The position numbers and the translations under genes were made by a program. Positions 1 through 11,744 of a DNA stretch of 64,000 nt are shown in pieces. Numbering within the stretch: position 1 is the first letter of the stretch; each line of letters opens with the position of its first letter. Source of the DNA: Tubiluchus corallicola (taxonomy: Eukaryota > Animalia > Priapulida); assembly GCA_030141605.1 (NCBI GenBank), contig JAQGDQ010000125.1, positions 186,001-250,000 on the forward strand, in the 5' to 3' direction. The notes under the pieces are model-generated. The model did no database searches and was not told the origin of the DNA. It worked only from the letters and a program-made list of their open reading frames with translations.

Positions 1-1609
1 TAATAGTTAGTAATAGTCACCAACAACTGCAGCAGCATCAGAAGATAAACTAGTTAGATCAAAAACTAATACAAATTTGCCAAAACTTATCATATCATGT
101 GACACTGCACACTCACCCTTACACACTTGATTTTTGTTGAGGACAGAATCTAGCTGCTTATGTTTATATAGTAAGTGTAGCTTATAATGAGCTTCACAAT
201 ACTGGGTTCAACTTACAGCTACACCATTTGTGTAACTAGTAAATTAAATGAAGTCTTGATAGTGCTAAATCAGGAAGGTGTGATAAGTCTCTAAATACTC
301 ATCGAAAATCACCTTGTTGCAAATACCTGCAATGTACATTAACTAACATGTAGACATGTACACCATATCAATAGTAATTTAGTAACTATCATCATTTATT
401 ACTGCATAGTATACTACATCAACAGTTATTGCTCTAAAGATCTTTTTGGACCAAAAGGCTTCCAAGGGAGGAAAGGCTGTCTCATCTAAAATATGGTAAA
501 CCTGCCCTTCTGGCTCACATTACGACACTGATACAATCTTTTTTAGACATACTTCAAAATTCACTAATATCCCAGCCTAAACAATTGTGGTATTTTTCAG
601 ATAAAAAATGTAAATAATTATAAATTGTGGCCAGCTTTTATTGTCTAATTCTGATATTTCAAGTAACATTTGATCAAATTATTTTGGCAAACAATTAAAA
701 TATGCAACCTTCACTAATGAGTATATAAAGCTATGACTGATGGATACATTACAACTCTATAATGTTTGAAAATCAGACCCATCATTGCTTATAAGTTATT
801 AGAATGTGATAAAAGGAAAATTTACATAAACTACATACATGTGAATTTGCTTACTTAGAGAAGCATACAGCACTTATGGAAACTATAAACTCAGATGAAA
901 TGTGATAACCACAGTGTGGTTCGTGTGAGTTTTGACTGCACAATCAATATCAATTGTCCTGAAAATAAGTTTTTCCTCGTGCATGAAACCCATTGAAGCA
1001 TTCAATGAATCTGGCACTTGGTCTGTTTACAAAACCATGCATGCATTCTTAGTTAAAGGTGCCTTAATGAGTTCCTTACGCTGGAATATGCATTACACTT
1101 CACAAAGAATTGTTACAAGCCCTCTATAGTAGAGAATTGCATTCATAGCTTTGTTAACAGAAAAGTCCTATGTTGGCGATTAGTAAAAGGTTATATATCT
1201 GGAAATATCGAAATTTAAAAGAGACTCCTCACTGAAAAATCTTCCATTGCAAGTTGAATATCCACAAATTTTCTTTTCCACTGTTTTCATAGTTGCATAT
1301 AGTTAATATAAGATTTGCAGCAATAAGTGAATGAAAAGCATGGCTTCAGTAAGACTGCTTACCATTGCTTAGAGATGAACAAGTTTTAGTGAGATTATTA
1401 CACGTACATACATGTCGTTTTCTGCTTGAAGATACAGCGCAGCGGTGCCTAATGCAGATCATTGTTCATCTAGTACTATTTACGTGTATGGCAATAAAAC
1501 TGAGATATGCACCTATTCTGATGTTGCTGAAATAAAATTTGCCGTTTTGCCGATTATATATCTGTTTTACTGATCATTGAATATGATTTTGTATATATAT
1601 ATATAAGCA

Positions 1610-2443
1610 AATGTAGGTAAAAATGGCACAGGAAAAAAATATGTGCTTAGTGTTAAGGCTGCAATGGGGAGTAATTATTTTAGTTATTTTTACCTCTGCC
1701 TAGCAAGTTATGCATCAACACGGTTTCTTTGTTTGTACGTATATTTAATTGTTTTTGTCTGTAGAGGCAGTAAGCTTATTACACAAGAACTACCTAACAG
1801 ATTTCCAAGAAACTTTGTGAAGTAAGGCTTGTATAGGGTGTCAAAGTGGAAAACTTTTCGCCGAAACTTTTTTAACACCAAGTACAAAAAGAAACTTAGT
1901 GAAAGGTCTCAGATACTTGGTGTTTGGTACATCTTTTTGTTACTGTACCTGGACAAACAACTACGAGTTAACTCTAGTTCCATTTCAAGAAATTCTTTCT
2001 TGTAAAACTGTGTAACTCTGTCTACAACCTTTGCTTATTAATGTGTATAGCCTTACAAGGTGACTTGGTACATACATTATATTACCATTGCCAAAATTAG
2101 TGATTAAGAAGGTAGATACGCACTTGATTATTGATTACAAATCTATTTAACGAACAAATAATTTGCGAGTCTTTTGCTAGTCTATCTAATACCAATGCAG
2201 GTACATTTTTGTGCATTGCTTGTTTATCCTGTGTGTTAATTTTTTTAATCAAAAGAATTAATCGAATAAGTTTAGGATTGTTTGGCTTTGGCAGTGATCT
2301 GCTTCCTTCTGAGCACATTCTAGTTTTATTATAGAAAACAACTTTTTCCTGTGCCATTTTTACCTGTACCATTTTTTCCTGTGCCATTTTCACCTACTTT
2401 CCCACTTGTACCATTTTCTCCTGTGCCATTTTTGCCGCGCACG
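1610..2443. mobile_element. Decayed TIR/foldback element with tandem subterminal repeats
   Basis: AGGTAAAAATGGCACAGGAAAAAA at ~1615 is inverted relative to the array of TTTTCCTGTGCCATTTT(C/T)ACC units at 2343-2436. Confidence 0.55.
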
Positions 2444-2756
2444 ATATAAGCACATGGGTATTTGAAAACAATTTCAAAACAGTAGGGTGACAGGCCACAC
2501 AGTAAATGTAGGTAACTATTTTATAGGTGAAATGGCCTTTCTTTTAGTGGCAGGGGCTTTGTAGTTGGTGTAGTGTGTACATTTCATTATAAATTGTGAG
2601 CACAACTTTATATTTCTGAAAAGATCACTAGAAAAAACCAATTGAGTCATTCTAGATATAAATATTAAAGCTCAATGTTCATACAATGCATTTCTCTATA
2701 TTAATATTATTATTAAATAATGAATGGCAATTTTGTGTAGAACTTTGAAATGTTTA

Positions 2757-3490
2757 TAATCAAGTTTCAAGTTTATTTATTTATTTATAATTACATTGAA
2801 TATAAACTTACACTGAATCTGTAAGAAGAATGCACATACATGTGGCAAATTATTAATGTTTACTAATCACAGCTTAAGCTAAGGAGACCTTGGCATGGCA
2901 ACACTGCCGCATTTCGCCAAGGCCACCTCGGAAAAAAAACAACAGATAAATAGGTCAGAGATAAAAAAGGAAGGAAAAGAGGGAAGGTAATGGAAAGGCG
3001 ATGGGCAATCAGTAAAGATGCACTAAACAATGCTATATATTATGTCAGGGTGTGCGGTCTGTGGAGAGATCTGGTAGAGCCCGCGAAGAGGTTAATCGAT
3101 CTAATGAAGGTGTGGCCCGGGAGATGAATTGAGTCACAAAATATCAGGAAGTTGTTTCTAGCTAAAGTCTACGATACGATCCCAAAGATAGTACGAGTAG
3201 ATCGCATGGCATTAATCCTTACGAGATAGTTGTCACTTAATGTCCCTGTCGGACATGGCGAAATGTCACGATACTCAATTGGAACACAAAAAAAGCGATG
3301 TAAAATCACAGAAGCAACCACTGAAATGGCAAATAAGCACAAAATGCAATAAGCAATCTGAATTGCCAGTAGGAGGACCAACCTGCCAATCTCTAGGCTT
3401 CTCTTATCAGGCCAGTGGATCTGCTTCTTGGTCATAATAGGTAGATCATTTTGACATATTATAAAATAACAAGGTCAAAATGCTCTACAC
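2757..3490 (-). mobile_element. 3' fragment of an L2/CR1-type LINE
   Basis: Minus-strand tail AATAAATAAATAAACTTGAAACTTG, preceded by decayed ORF2 C-terminal-like sequence. Confidence 0.45.
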
Positions 3491-6057
3491 ACAATGACCA
3501 AGAAGACGGCCGATTAATTTATAAGTAGCTTACAGGCTGAAAAAGTGTGGTTACCCTTGATAAACAGAGTTTCCCAAATTTTAGTTTCTGTTTAGGCTCA
3601 GCAGTAGAAGCCTTGATCAGTGGTTGTTTCATCATTTCAACACGTGTAGTGTTCTTATAGATCAGAATCAGTATTAATGTGCATTGTAATAAGATTTCCA
3701 CTGTCTGATATGAAAAATGAAATCTATGGATTTTAATATTTAATAACTCCTAGAATAGTTTTCCACGGGGTAGTAGTAATGATGCAACAGATCAATGCCA
3801 AGAAAATCGTTATCAGGCCCTACTGTACTTGGCTCCTTGATCAAACTGCATGAGGCCTGTTGGAAATGTAACATGGCCCAGTTAGTAGGATAATTTGCAC
3901 ACCCCTGCTTTAATTAATACTCAGCAAAAACGAAATGTAATTTACTACTGGCCGTATGATAAACAGTATATAAGAATTCAATACATTAAAAAAAACTGGG
4001 AAATAAAAACGCAAAACATTTTTTCTACACTTTATTTGTTTTACTTTTACTTTTTTTAGACAGAATTGCAACACAGACTCCATTGGTCTCAAATTTGAGG
4101 CTAAAATTTCATTAAATTCAAGTTTTAAATTGTTTCTAATTGTGAGAACTCTGCAATTGAAAATGTGGTTTACACACGTCATGCTTCATCATAACAAGTA
4201 ACAGTATAGCTAACGATAAGAAGTTACACTAACTGTGATAGGCTAAAGTTAAACTAACCTGTTGAACAACTTGGATAAGACACTAAAAGCTAAAGTAAGA
4301 GCTGCTAAAATTCTAACCATGAAAGCAAGTAAACCATATTTCGAACTTTTGCTTACCATTAACACTGAAACACTGAACACCGACTTTTAAATGGGGGAAA
4401 ACATAAGAATAGTCTCTCATCATTCTTTGCCAAAAACGATCTCCAATCCTTGTCACGATCAGCAATAAAACGAATGTATGGCTAAATTCAATTCAATATG
4501 AATTTAGTATGTGAACAAAAGTGTGTGTGCAATACAGCATCAGCAACAATGCACATTAACAATTAAATTTTCTCCTACTAGAACAGATAGGTCTATTTTG
4601 TAAAACATATTGTCTGTGAACATCGCCTTGCATGTTCACCCCACGTGTTAATCTTTCAGGTTTAATCTAGTGTTGTTGTGATCTTTATAGCCACCACATA
4701 ATCATACTGACTAAGTCTCTTGGCTTGATCTTGCATTGTCGAGGCTATTCAAATGGGCAATAAATCGGCACCGTCCTCCCTGATCAGTGAGTCATGTGCC
4801 ACCCATAAGGATTTCCCACAGGCAATGTTAAATGTTTTACTTCAGATCGCCTTAAAATGTTCTGCGTTAAAAATCGGTAGACTTTTTCATTTTTTGCTTT
4901 GACTTCTGGCAGCCAACTGCGAGTGGCATCATTCGGAAAGATGCAGGATTACCAGTGACTCTCAGTCACTCATTGCTTTACAAGCTATTAAGCCAACAGA
5001 CGTACTTTTGACCTTAATTCTCACTTGTAACGTCTTCTCGATTGCTATCTTGTCTTCAGGATCATCCTTTAGGCATCTCTATTGGAAAACATTGCTTTTC
5101 TTATGAATTCTGACTCTGCACTTCCACTTTTCATTGGTATCAGTGGCTGCTAAATTGTAAGTTAAAAATTCAAGCCATCTCCACTTCCTTCCAGCAACCT
5201 TACGCCAATGGAACACTTTAGGAATATAATTGCATGTTATTTTAATCATGGTGCCTTCTCCTTCTTGTCCAAATAAGGAGGCCAGTTAATGACATTCACA
5301 AGCTCCCATTGGGTCTGGCTCCTAAGGTGCTGCATCATATTCGTGATGCTGAACGGGCCTCCATAACTGTTTCACTCCGGCTCTGTTATGTCTGCAAACT
5401 GATTTGGTCTTCCATCTTTGTACCTATTGGCATGCAGGAATGATGGCCTCATCATCACATTGAACAAAAACAAATTTTCCCGGGCCTAGCCATTCAATTA
5501 CTGCACCACTGCTTTTACCCAATCCAGCCAAGATTGTTGCACATGATTATGAACAGAATTAAGTTCTGCGGGGGTGGTCATGCAAGCACACAAAATTAAT
5601 AAAACGAAAATAAGTGTACCCTTGCCATGAAGTCTTGCGGTTGCCAAGACCATCTTCAAAATGGACTGATGTATTAAGATGAGGATGAATTAACAGATAA
5701 GTTGAGAAACCGAGTTGAAGTTATTCGGATGGTACTTTGCAGTTTTCGTTGTTCTGTTAATAGTACTGAAAATTTGGTTGCTACTGTTACCATAAATAAT
5801 TCATTGGCGTTATAAACTTAAACTACATTACAATCTTTGTTAAACGGTGTTTTTTGAAATAGTCAAGTAAATGCCTATTTATACTAGATATCGCGCTACA
5901 TTTTTCTCAAAATTAATAATATTGATATTTAAGAAACGTGTTTGTGAACAATGTGTCCTTTGTCGGGTTATAATTAGCTTTTGCAAAGGTGCGATGTGAC
6001 ACAGTCATCGCATTTTTGCAATTAAAACTGAAGTAAATTGAAACTTATCGGGAGCGA

Positions 6058-6168
6058 AGTAGGACACTGGCCGTACATAGACTAGCCAGATTAGGACCCG
6101 TTGTACATGGGCTAGTCCTAGTAGGGCGCGTCGTACATGGGCTATCCAAGTAGGGCAAAGAGAGTTTA
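6058..6168. repeat. Three degenerate ~30-bp tandem repeats ending near a TTAA
   Basis: Units approximate TAGG(A/G)C...GTACATGGGCTA(G/T)CC, followed by GGGCAAAGAGAGTTTAA. Confidence 0.6.
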
Positions 6169-7069
6169 AGGTGTATCATTTTTTATTTTGTCTCGTTTCA
6201 CAGACAGGTGACCCGTTTCACGACGTGAACAAAATACGTGTTTTTGATCTTGTAAGCTGGCACTCTTTATAGGTCAGTTTGCTCGCCGATTTAGTGAAGA
6301 TGATCCACGTATTGACATCATCATCACACGCCCGTCACGTCTATTGTAGACATTGGGCAGGCAGAATTCTAAAATAAAAGAAATCTGCCTTCAGACAGGT
6401 AAACGCAGCAGTAATCCAGCAAAAAAACTAGACACTGCTACGCCAGGCAGTGGCTTGTCAGCGCCACTTCCGTTAACGCACGTATTGACACCAAACTGAC
6501 GGCAACTCAGCTAATAAGCACAATCTTTAATAATGAAGAAACTTTTACAGAATTTTTAAAAATTTGACAAAATATGGATATAAAGTTAAAAGAGTGAGAG
6601 TGATCGCCAGTGCCCTATTTCGGCGCCCATGTACAGTACAGTTTTCCGCAAATTTAGCGCATGTGCTCAAGTGCAAGTGTCCAATTTTGACTAGTGAGGT
6701 ACTCCGCGCCCTACAAGCAGATTGTCTTAGCGCTTTTGCCTTGTAGATAGTGTAATGGGTCATGGTCATGGTGGTTTAGTCTGCTTAAACTAATTTTTAC
6801 GTTTTTTGTTCCATAATGTGCAAAAGTTACCATGCTTATAAACCACAATAGTCGCATTTATATTGTTACAAAAATGCCTTATAACAGCTCACATTTACAG
6901 AGTGTAAATATTTACAAGATAGCTGAACATGAATAAAAATTATACAATGATCTGACAATAAATACCATATTACAAATATTATTACAAAGTGAACACGAGC
7001 AGTAGAATTTAAATAGTGGTAAAATAGACTACAATCAAGAATAAAAGGTCACTAAAGTGAAATATTAAT

Positions 7070-9730
7070 ATTGAAGGATGTTCGTAATTTCTTCACGCTT
7101 TTCAGATGGAGGGATTGTACCCATAGTGCTTATCTCATTATTTTTTTGCAATGCATCAGATCTCTGGAATAAAAAACTTCTAGATCTAGTCTCCACTGTG
7201 GCACAGGAATTCGTTTGCCTAAAGTACTAAGAAATTCTTTTCTTTCTGTGCCAATACCGCCAAAAGTTTCAACGGCAATTGGTACAAAATTGAAATTTGG
7301 CAGTTGACTGTTGTATTTCGAATATTTCTGTTTTCGGCTTACTGAGCTGCATAACCAGCGTAACTAGATCAGCCAGTCAAATTTGAGGTTGCTAATGTAT
7401 CAACACAAGTAAAATCCCAAAGAAGAGAGCGACCCTTGACCGAGGGGATCAAAGTCATGCCATCTGGCCTTTTTCCTTCTGACCTAGACATCTGTAGGCT
7501 CTAATACTGAAGGAACATGAGCAGAGGTTAAAGTACGACAGATTAGATCATTAGCAGCTTGATGTCTTGCAAACCAACCGCTGGTTTTTAAACAACTTAG
7601 GCCTTGGACTTCTGAACTGTCTACAAAAGTTCCACATTTGCATTGATAAGGATGATAAATATATGCACCCAAACGAAGTGCTACAGCAGTATGCATTTGG
7701 TTATCATCTGAATGCAGACTCAGTGAATGAATAGCCATGGGTCAGCATCACTAGAGGATAGTCATTTTAGCAATGACTAGAACAGTGTTTTTCAACCAGT
7801 GTGCCGCGGCACACTGATGTGCCGTGAAAGATCATCAGGTGTGTCGTGGGAAATTATTTAATATCACCTAAGTAACCATTGTCGGGTGTCTGTGCTGTAA
7901 TAAACTGTGGCCGATAATGTAAAACTCTTATTTCAGTGGGTGGCAACAGAGAGTGATAAATGCCTGTAAAGTCAATAGAGTTAGTGTTTATGTACAGCAT
8001 CATTACTTGAAATATACTTGACTCTCAAAACACTGCGGGATTGAATGATAAACAAGAGAATTATCGCTGTTGTATGTGAGCACATAACTGGTTTAGATAT
8101 ACCATAGTTTAGGTTTGCTATATATACAAATGTAAATGTGTTGCGGGCAATCAACCACAGACGGCTTCATTAATATAGTAAGTTTTCAGGCTTCGTTAGA
8201 ACTATCAATCGACTTGATCAGGCGTAATTGTAGGGCCAAAGAATTCCACAATTTGGAGGCAGGAGACGTGAACGATTATGTGACTAGCCTGCTACGTGAG
8301 ACTTCAAGATTTCACCACTTTCTGTGCTGACGCATCAGTCAGAATGGTCACGTGACTGCCTATTGTTTCAACACGCACGTGTCTGTAAATGGTGGTGGTG
8401 CCCGAGGATTTTGGAAACGTAAAAAATGTGCCGTGGCTCAAAAAAGGTTGAAAATCACTGGACTAGAAGATATTGCTAAAAGCTGTGCTTTATCAGAAGA
8501 AGTTTTGGCAAACAAACTATCAAAAGATGCTTCAGTTAGAGGTTTGTCCCAAAATTTTTGTGAAGTTGAATCAGGTAGAGCTGTAACAAATGTTTCAACC
8601 TTTTCTGTCCAGATTTTTTTGCTATATCTGAATGCACTATAAATGTTAGAGGTGTGAACTCTAGAAAGGATTTCTTGGACTAAAGAAGCAGAGCCACTAG
8701 CTGATGCAAGAAAGGAAGGAAAAAATAGCTGGGTGGCACTTCTTATACCAAGACCTCCTTTGGAAACTGGCAAGGAATCTTGTAATCAAACTGAATCAGA
8801 CATATGAATGTTTAATATAGTCTGAAGAGTTTCACAAAGAACAGAATCATAACGGCTAAGTACATTAGATTGGAAAGCAGGAGAAGATCTAAAAATATGA
8901 AGTAGTTTTGGAATGGAGAAACAGTGTCGAAGTCGATATAGTGCATCATGAGCATCTAATAAACTTAGCCGAGAACCAAGGAGCGTTAACTGATGTCTAA
9001 TTTTTTTCCAGAACGCACACCATGGCATCATCTCCCAATGGTGCACCTAACAGAGTTGTTTCATCAGGAGACTATTTTCATTCCTGAAAGAACATCTTGT
9101 AATGGGGAAATTGATCATGAATGTGCCAAATATTAAAAGGAACCTCAAGATGTTCTATTCTCCTTTGGATCCCAACTGCTGATGTAATACTATAATCTCT
9201 GTTAAAAGATTGGAAGGTAATTGATAAGTAAGTCGAGCAAGAGGGTATAATTCAGGAATATATATTTTAACGAAATACATCATTTTTTGCTTATTTGGAG
9301 AATTGAAAGCATTGCTGGAATCCATTTTCAGCATTATCTCCGCAATGGATTCGTGCAAAAAACGTCATGTTGCACGAACAGCTGCTTCTGCACCACGTAC
9401 TGTACCACAACCAACTTGAGTAGGAAACAAAAAGGCAGCCGTTTTAGTGTTTAATGTTTGGCAAGCAGTTTTTGCAACCAAACAACGTAACGTATTGCCG
9501 ACAACTATAGGTCTAATCCCTCTGACTGATTTCTCAAAAGCACTTAAATTAGCACCTAAAAAATAAGACTTAATGTAAGAGTCTATATCTCCAGTTAAAA
9601 GTTCATTTACAAATTAGACTAGAGCCACTACAGGGCGATTACTGGGCTCATCAATTGAAGGTGCGATCATATCTTTCAGATGTTGAGGCCGAAGGCAGTC
9701 AAGACCTGATGCTGCATCAAGGTGAAAAAG
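7070..9730 (-). mobile_element. Decayed non-LTR retrotransposon, CRE-like (RT plus C-terminal Zn-knuckle/restriction-like endonuclease)
   Basis: Minus-strand frames read [110 protein letters not shown]-like, FVPIAVETFG. Many stops and frameshifts; interrupted by a MITE at 7783-8460. Confidence 0.85.
7783..8460. mobile_element. hAT-type (Charlie/Buster-like) MITE nested in the retrotransposon
   Basis: TIRs CAGTGTTTTTCAACC / GGTTGAAAATCACTG; perfect 8-bp TSD GACTAGAA (7775-7782, 8461-8468). Confidence 0.9.
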
Positions 9731-10213
9731 CTTTCCTAATCTACAAAGATTTGACTTATGAAGGGAGCATCACAACAAAAACTCTAAGATCACAGGAATG
9801 AAGGCTTCAGTTTCACAAAATAACTAATAAGGTTTTTGAAACAAACTTACTCACTTACATAATTGTTTACCATTTCACTCATGCATTCACTTAGTCCGAT
9901 AATTTCTTTTGATAATAATGATAAGAACTTCAGACGAATGACATGTTACTGTTATTTGCTGACCTGTGTGTATTTCGGTAATGCGGTTTTATGATTTTTT
10001 CTGTATTATTAGAGTATGCATAATAAAATAATTTCACTTCAGAACTTCTTGGAGTCTTGTTATATCAATTTTGAAACAAATACAACGTACAGAAATCTTT
10101 ACAAAGTAACAGGTCTTGACACTGCAAAATTTTGCACCACGCAGGGTCACCACCATTTTACATGATATTATACAATTTTTCTTCAGGGGACCTACACGTC
10201 CTTGACGGTCTGG

Positions 10214-10299
10214 TTATTGTATTACTGTCAACTTATTGTATTGCTGTCAAGTTTGTATTACTGTCAGTATTGCTGTCAACTTATTGTATTACTGTCAAC
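10214..10299. repeat. Degenerate ~19-bp tandem repeat
   Basis: TTATTGTATT(A/G)CTGTCAAC repeated about four times. Confidence 0.75.
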
Positions 10300-10884
10300 G
10301 TTGCTTTTATCTGGCCACATGTGGTAGCTGCTGCAGTTGCCTGTGTTGCAGCTTGTTGGATAGTGGAGATTTTCGTAAGCCATACCCTGACAAAAATAAG
10401 CACGACCAGCACAATTAAACTCAGCCAAAGCTGAGTGCGGAAAACAGCTCAAAGATAACCAAATCCGTGAGGCATATTACTATGAAATGTGTACTTATTT
10501 TAAATATATTTGCAAAGCATGAAACACTTTCAATGAGTAAACAACCCGTGGAATATGCTTAAATTTTAGCCAAATGACAGCTCTGATTGCTGTAAAAGTA
10601 CTTAGTTTGTAAATGAACTTTGATAATTTTATTTTTTACACAAAGTATTACTGCTTCCCATCTCCTTAACGGATTACACCGAAAATTGATAATTGCCCTA
10701 AAGTTAATCAAACAACTGGTTATGTAAGCTAAATATCTTGAGAATAGGTTTCAGCCAACATAAATTTTTGAAATTTCAAGGCCTGCTGTAATCTGTTCCT
10801 CGCAAGGCTAGCATACTCTAAGTGAAGCCTCACCATTGTGTTGATTAAAGCCATTATCAGATGCAATGGTCTGTCTGTTAATAC

Positions 10885-11443
10885 CAGGGATGTGGAGTCA
10901 CTAGTAATTCTGTTGCTAAATGAGTTGGAGTGAGTTTTTAAAAATTAGGGTTTTGGAGTCGGGACTCGGTAATACCTTTTTTATTACAGGAGTCGGTGAA
11001 AGTAGACAAACTATGACTCCAGTTACTTTTAAAACAATTATACCTAATATTAATGTATATTAGGTCACGTTAAGTAAATTATGTCAGCAAAAATAAGTTG
11101 CCGATTGTTATGGCTTAATTCTTAACCTGAGCAATTACAACATGTTGCTAGGTTAGATATTTACATTATGTTTTTATTTTTGGCAAGTATGTTTCTGAGA
11201 ATTTGAGCATAAGAAGTAGTCTGGTGATTCACTTCATAGTGATAGAATGCCACTGTAGCTAAGCTGCTAAATACTGAGAGATTTACAAACTATTATCTAA
11301 AGGCAGGAATCAGAGTTTGGGCTCATAAAATTTTAGAAGTAGGAGTTGGATCTTCTAAAATTTTAGGAATGAGAGTTGGATCTTCTAAGATTCTAGGGGT
11401 CGGAAACGGAGCGGAAGTTAAATATACTGACTCCACAACCCTG
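10885..11443. mobile_element. hAT-like MITE with GGAGTC/GGAGTT subterminal repeats
   Basis: TIRs CAGGGATGTGGAGTC / GACTCCACAACCCTG; flanks GTTAATAC / GATATTAC (6/8 match, decayed TSD). Confidence 0.75.
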
Positions 11444-11744
11444 GATATTACTTATGATTTAAATTCTAGTTGTTAACTTAATTTGTGTATGGATATTACG
11501 TTCTAGGTGTTTTAGCACTTGAGTAGCTTTACACCCATCAAACTAAGAACTATATAACTTATGCAGAAGAAAGACAGGGTAGTGTCATAAATTACCTAAT
11601 TTGTGGACAAGTGAAATACCTAAATCGTAGTATGTATTTTGTGATCAGAGTTAAGCAACACTGAGCGTGGACAGTAAATTTGTGTTTCATATGTTATATT
11701 AGCCCCAGTAATTTACTTTTATGTTTGTTTATTTGCAGGTTAAA

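Noticed and set aside
2097-2393. 98-aa ORF with KMAQEK repeats
   Set aside because: Derived from the subterminal tandem repeats of a TIR element.
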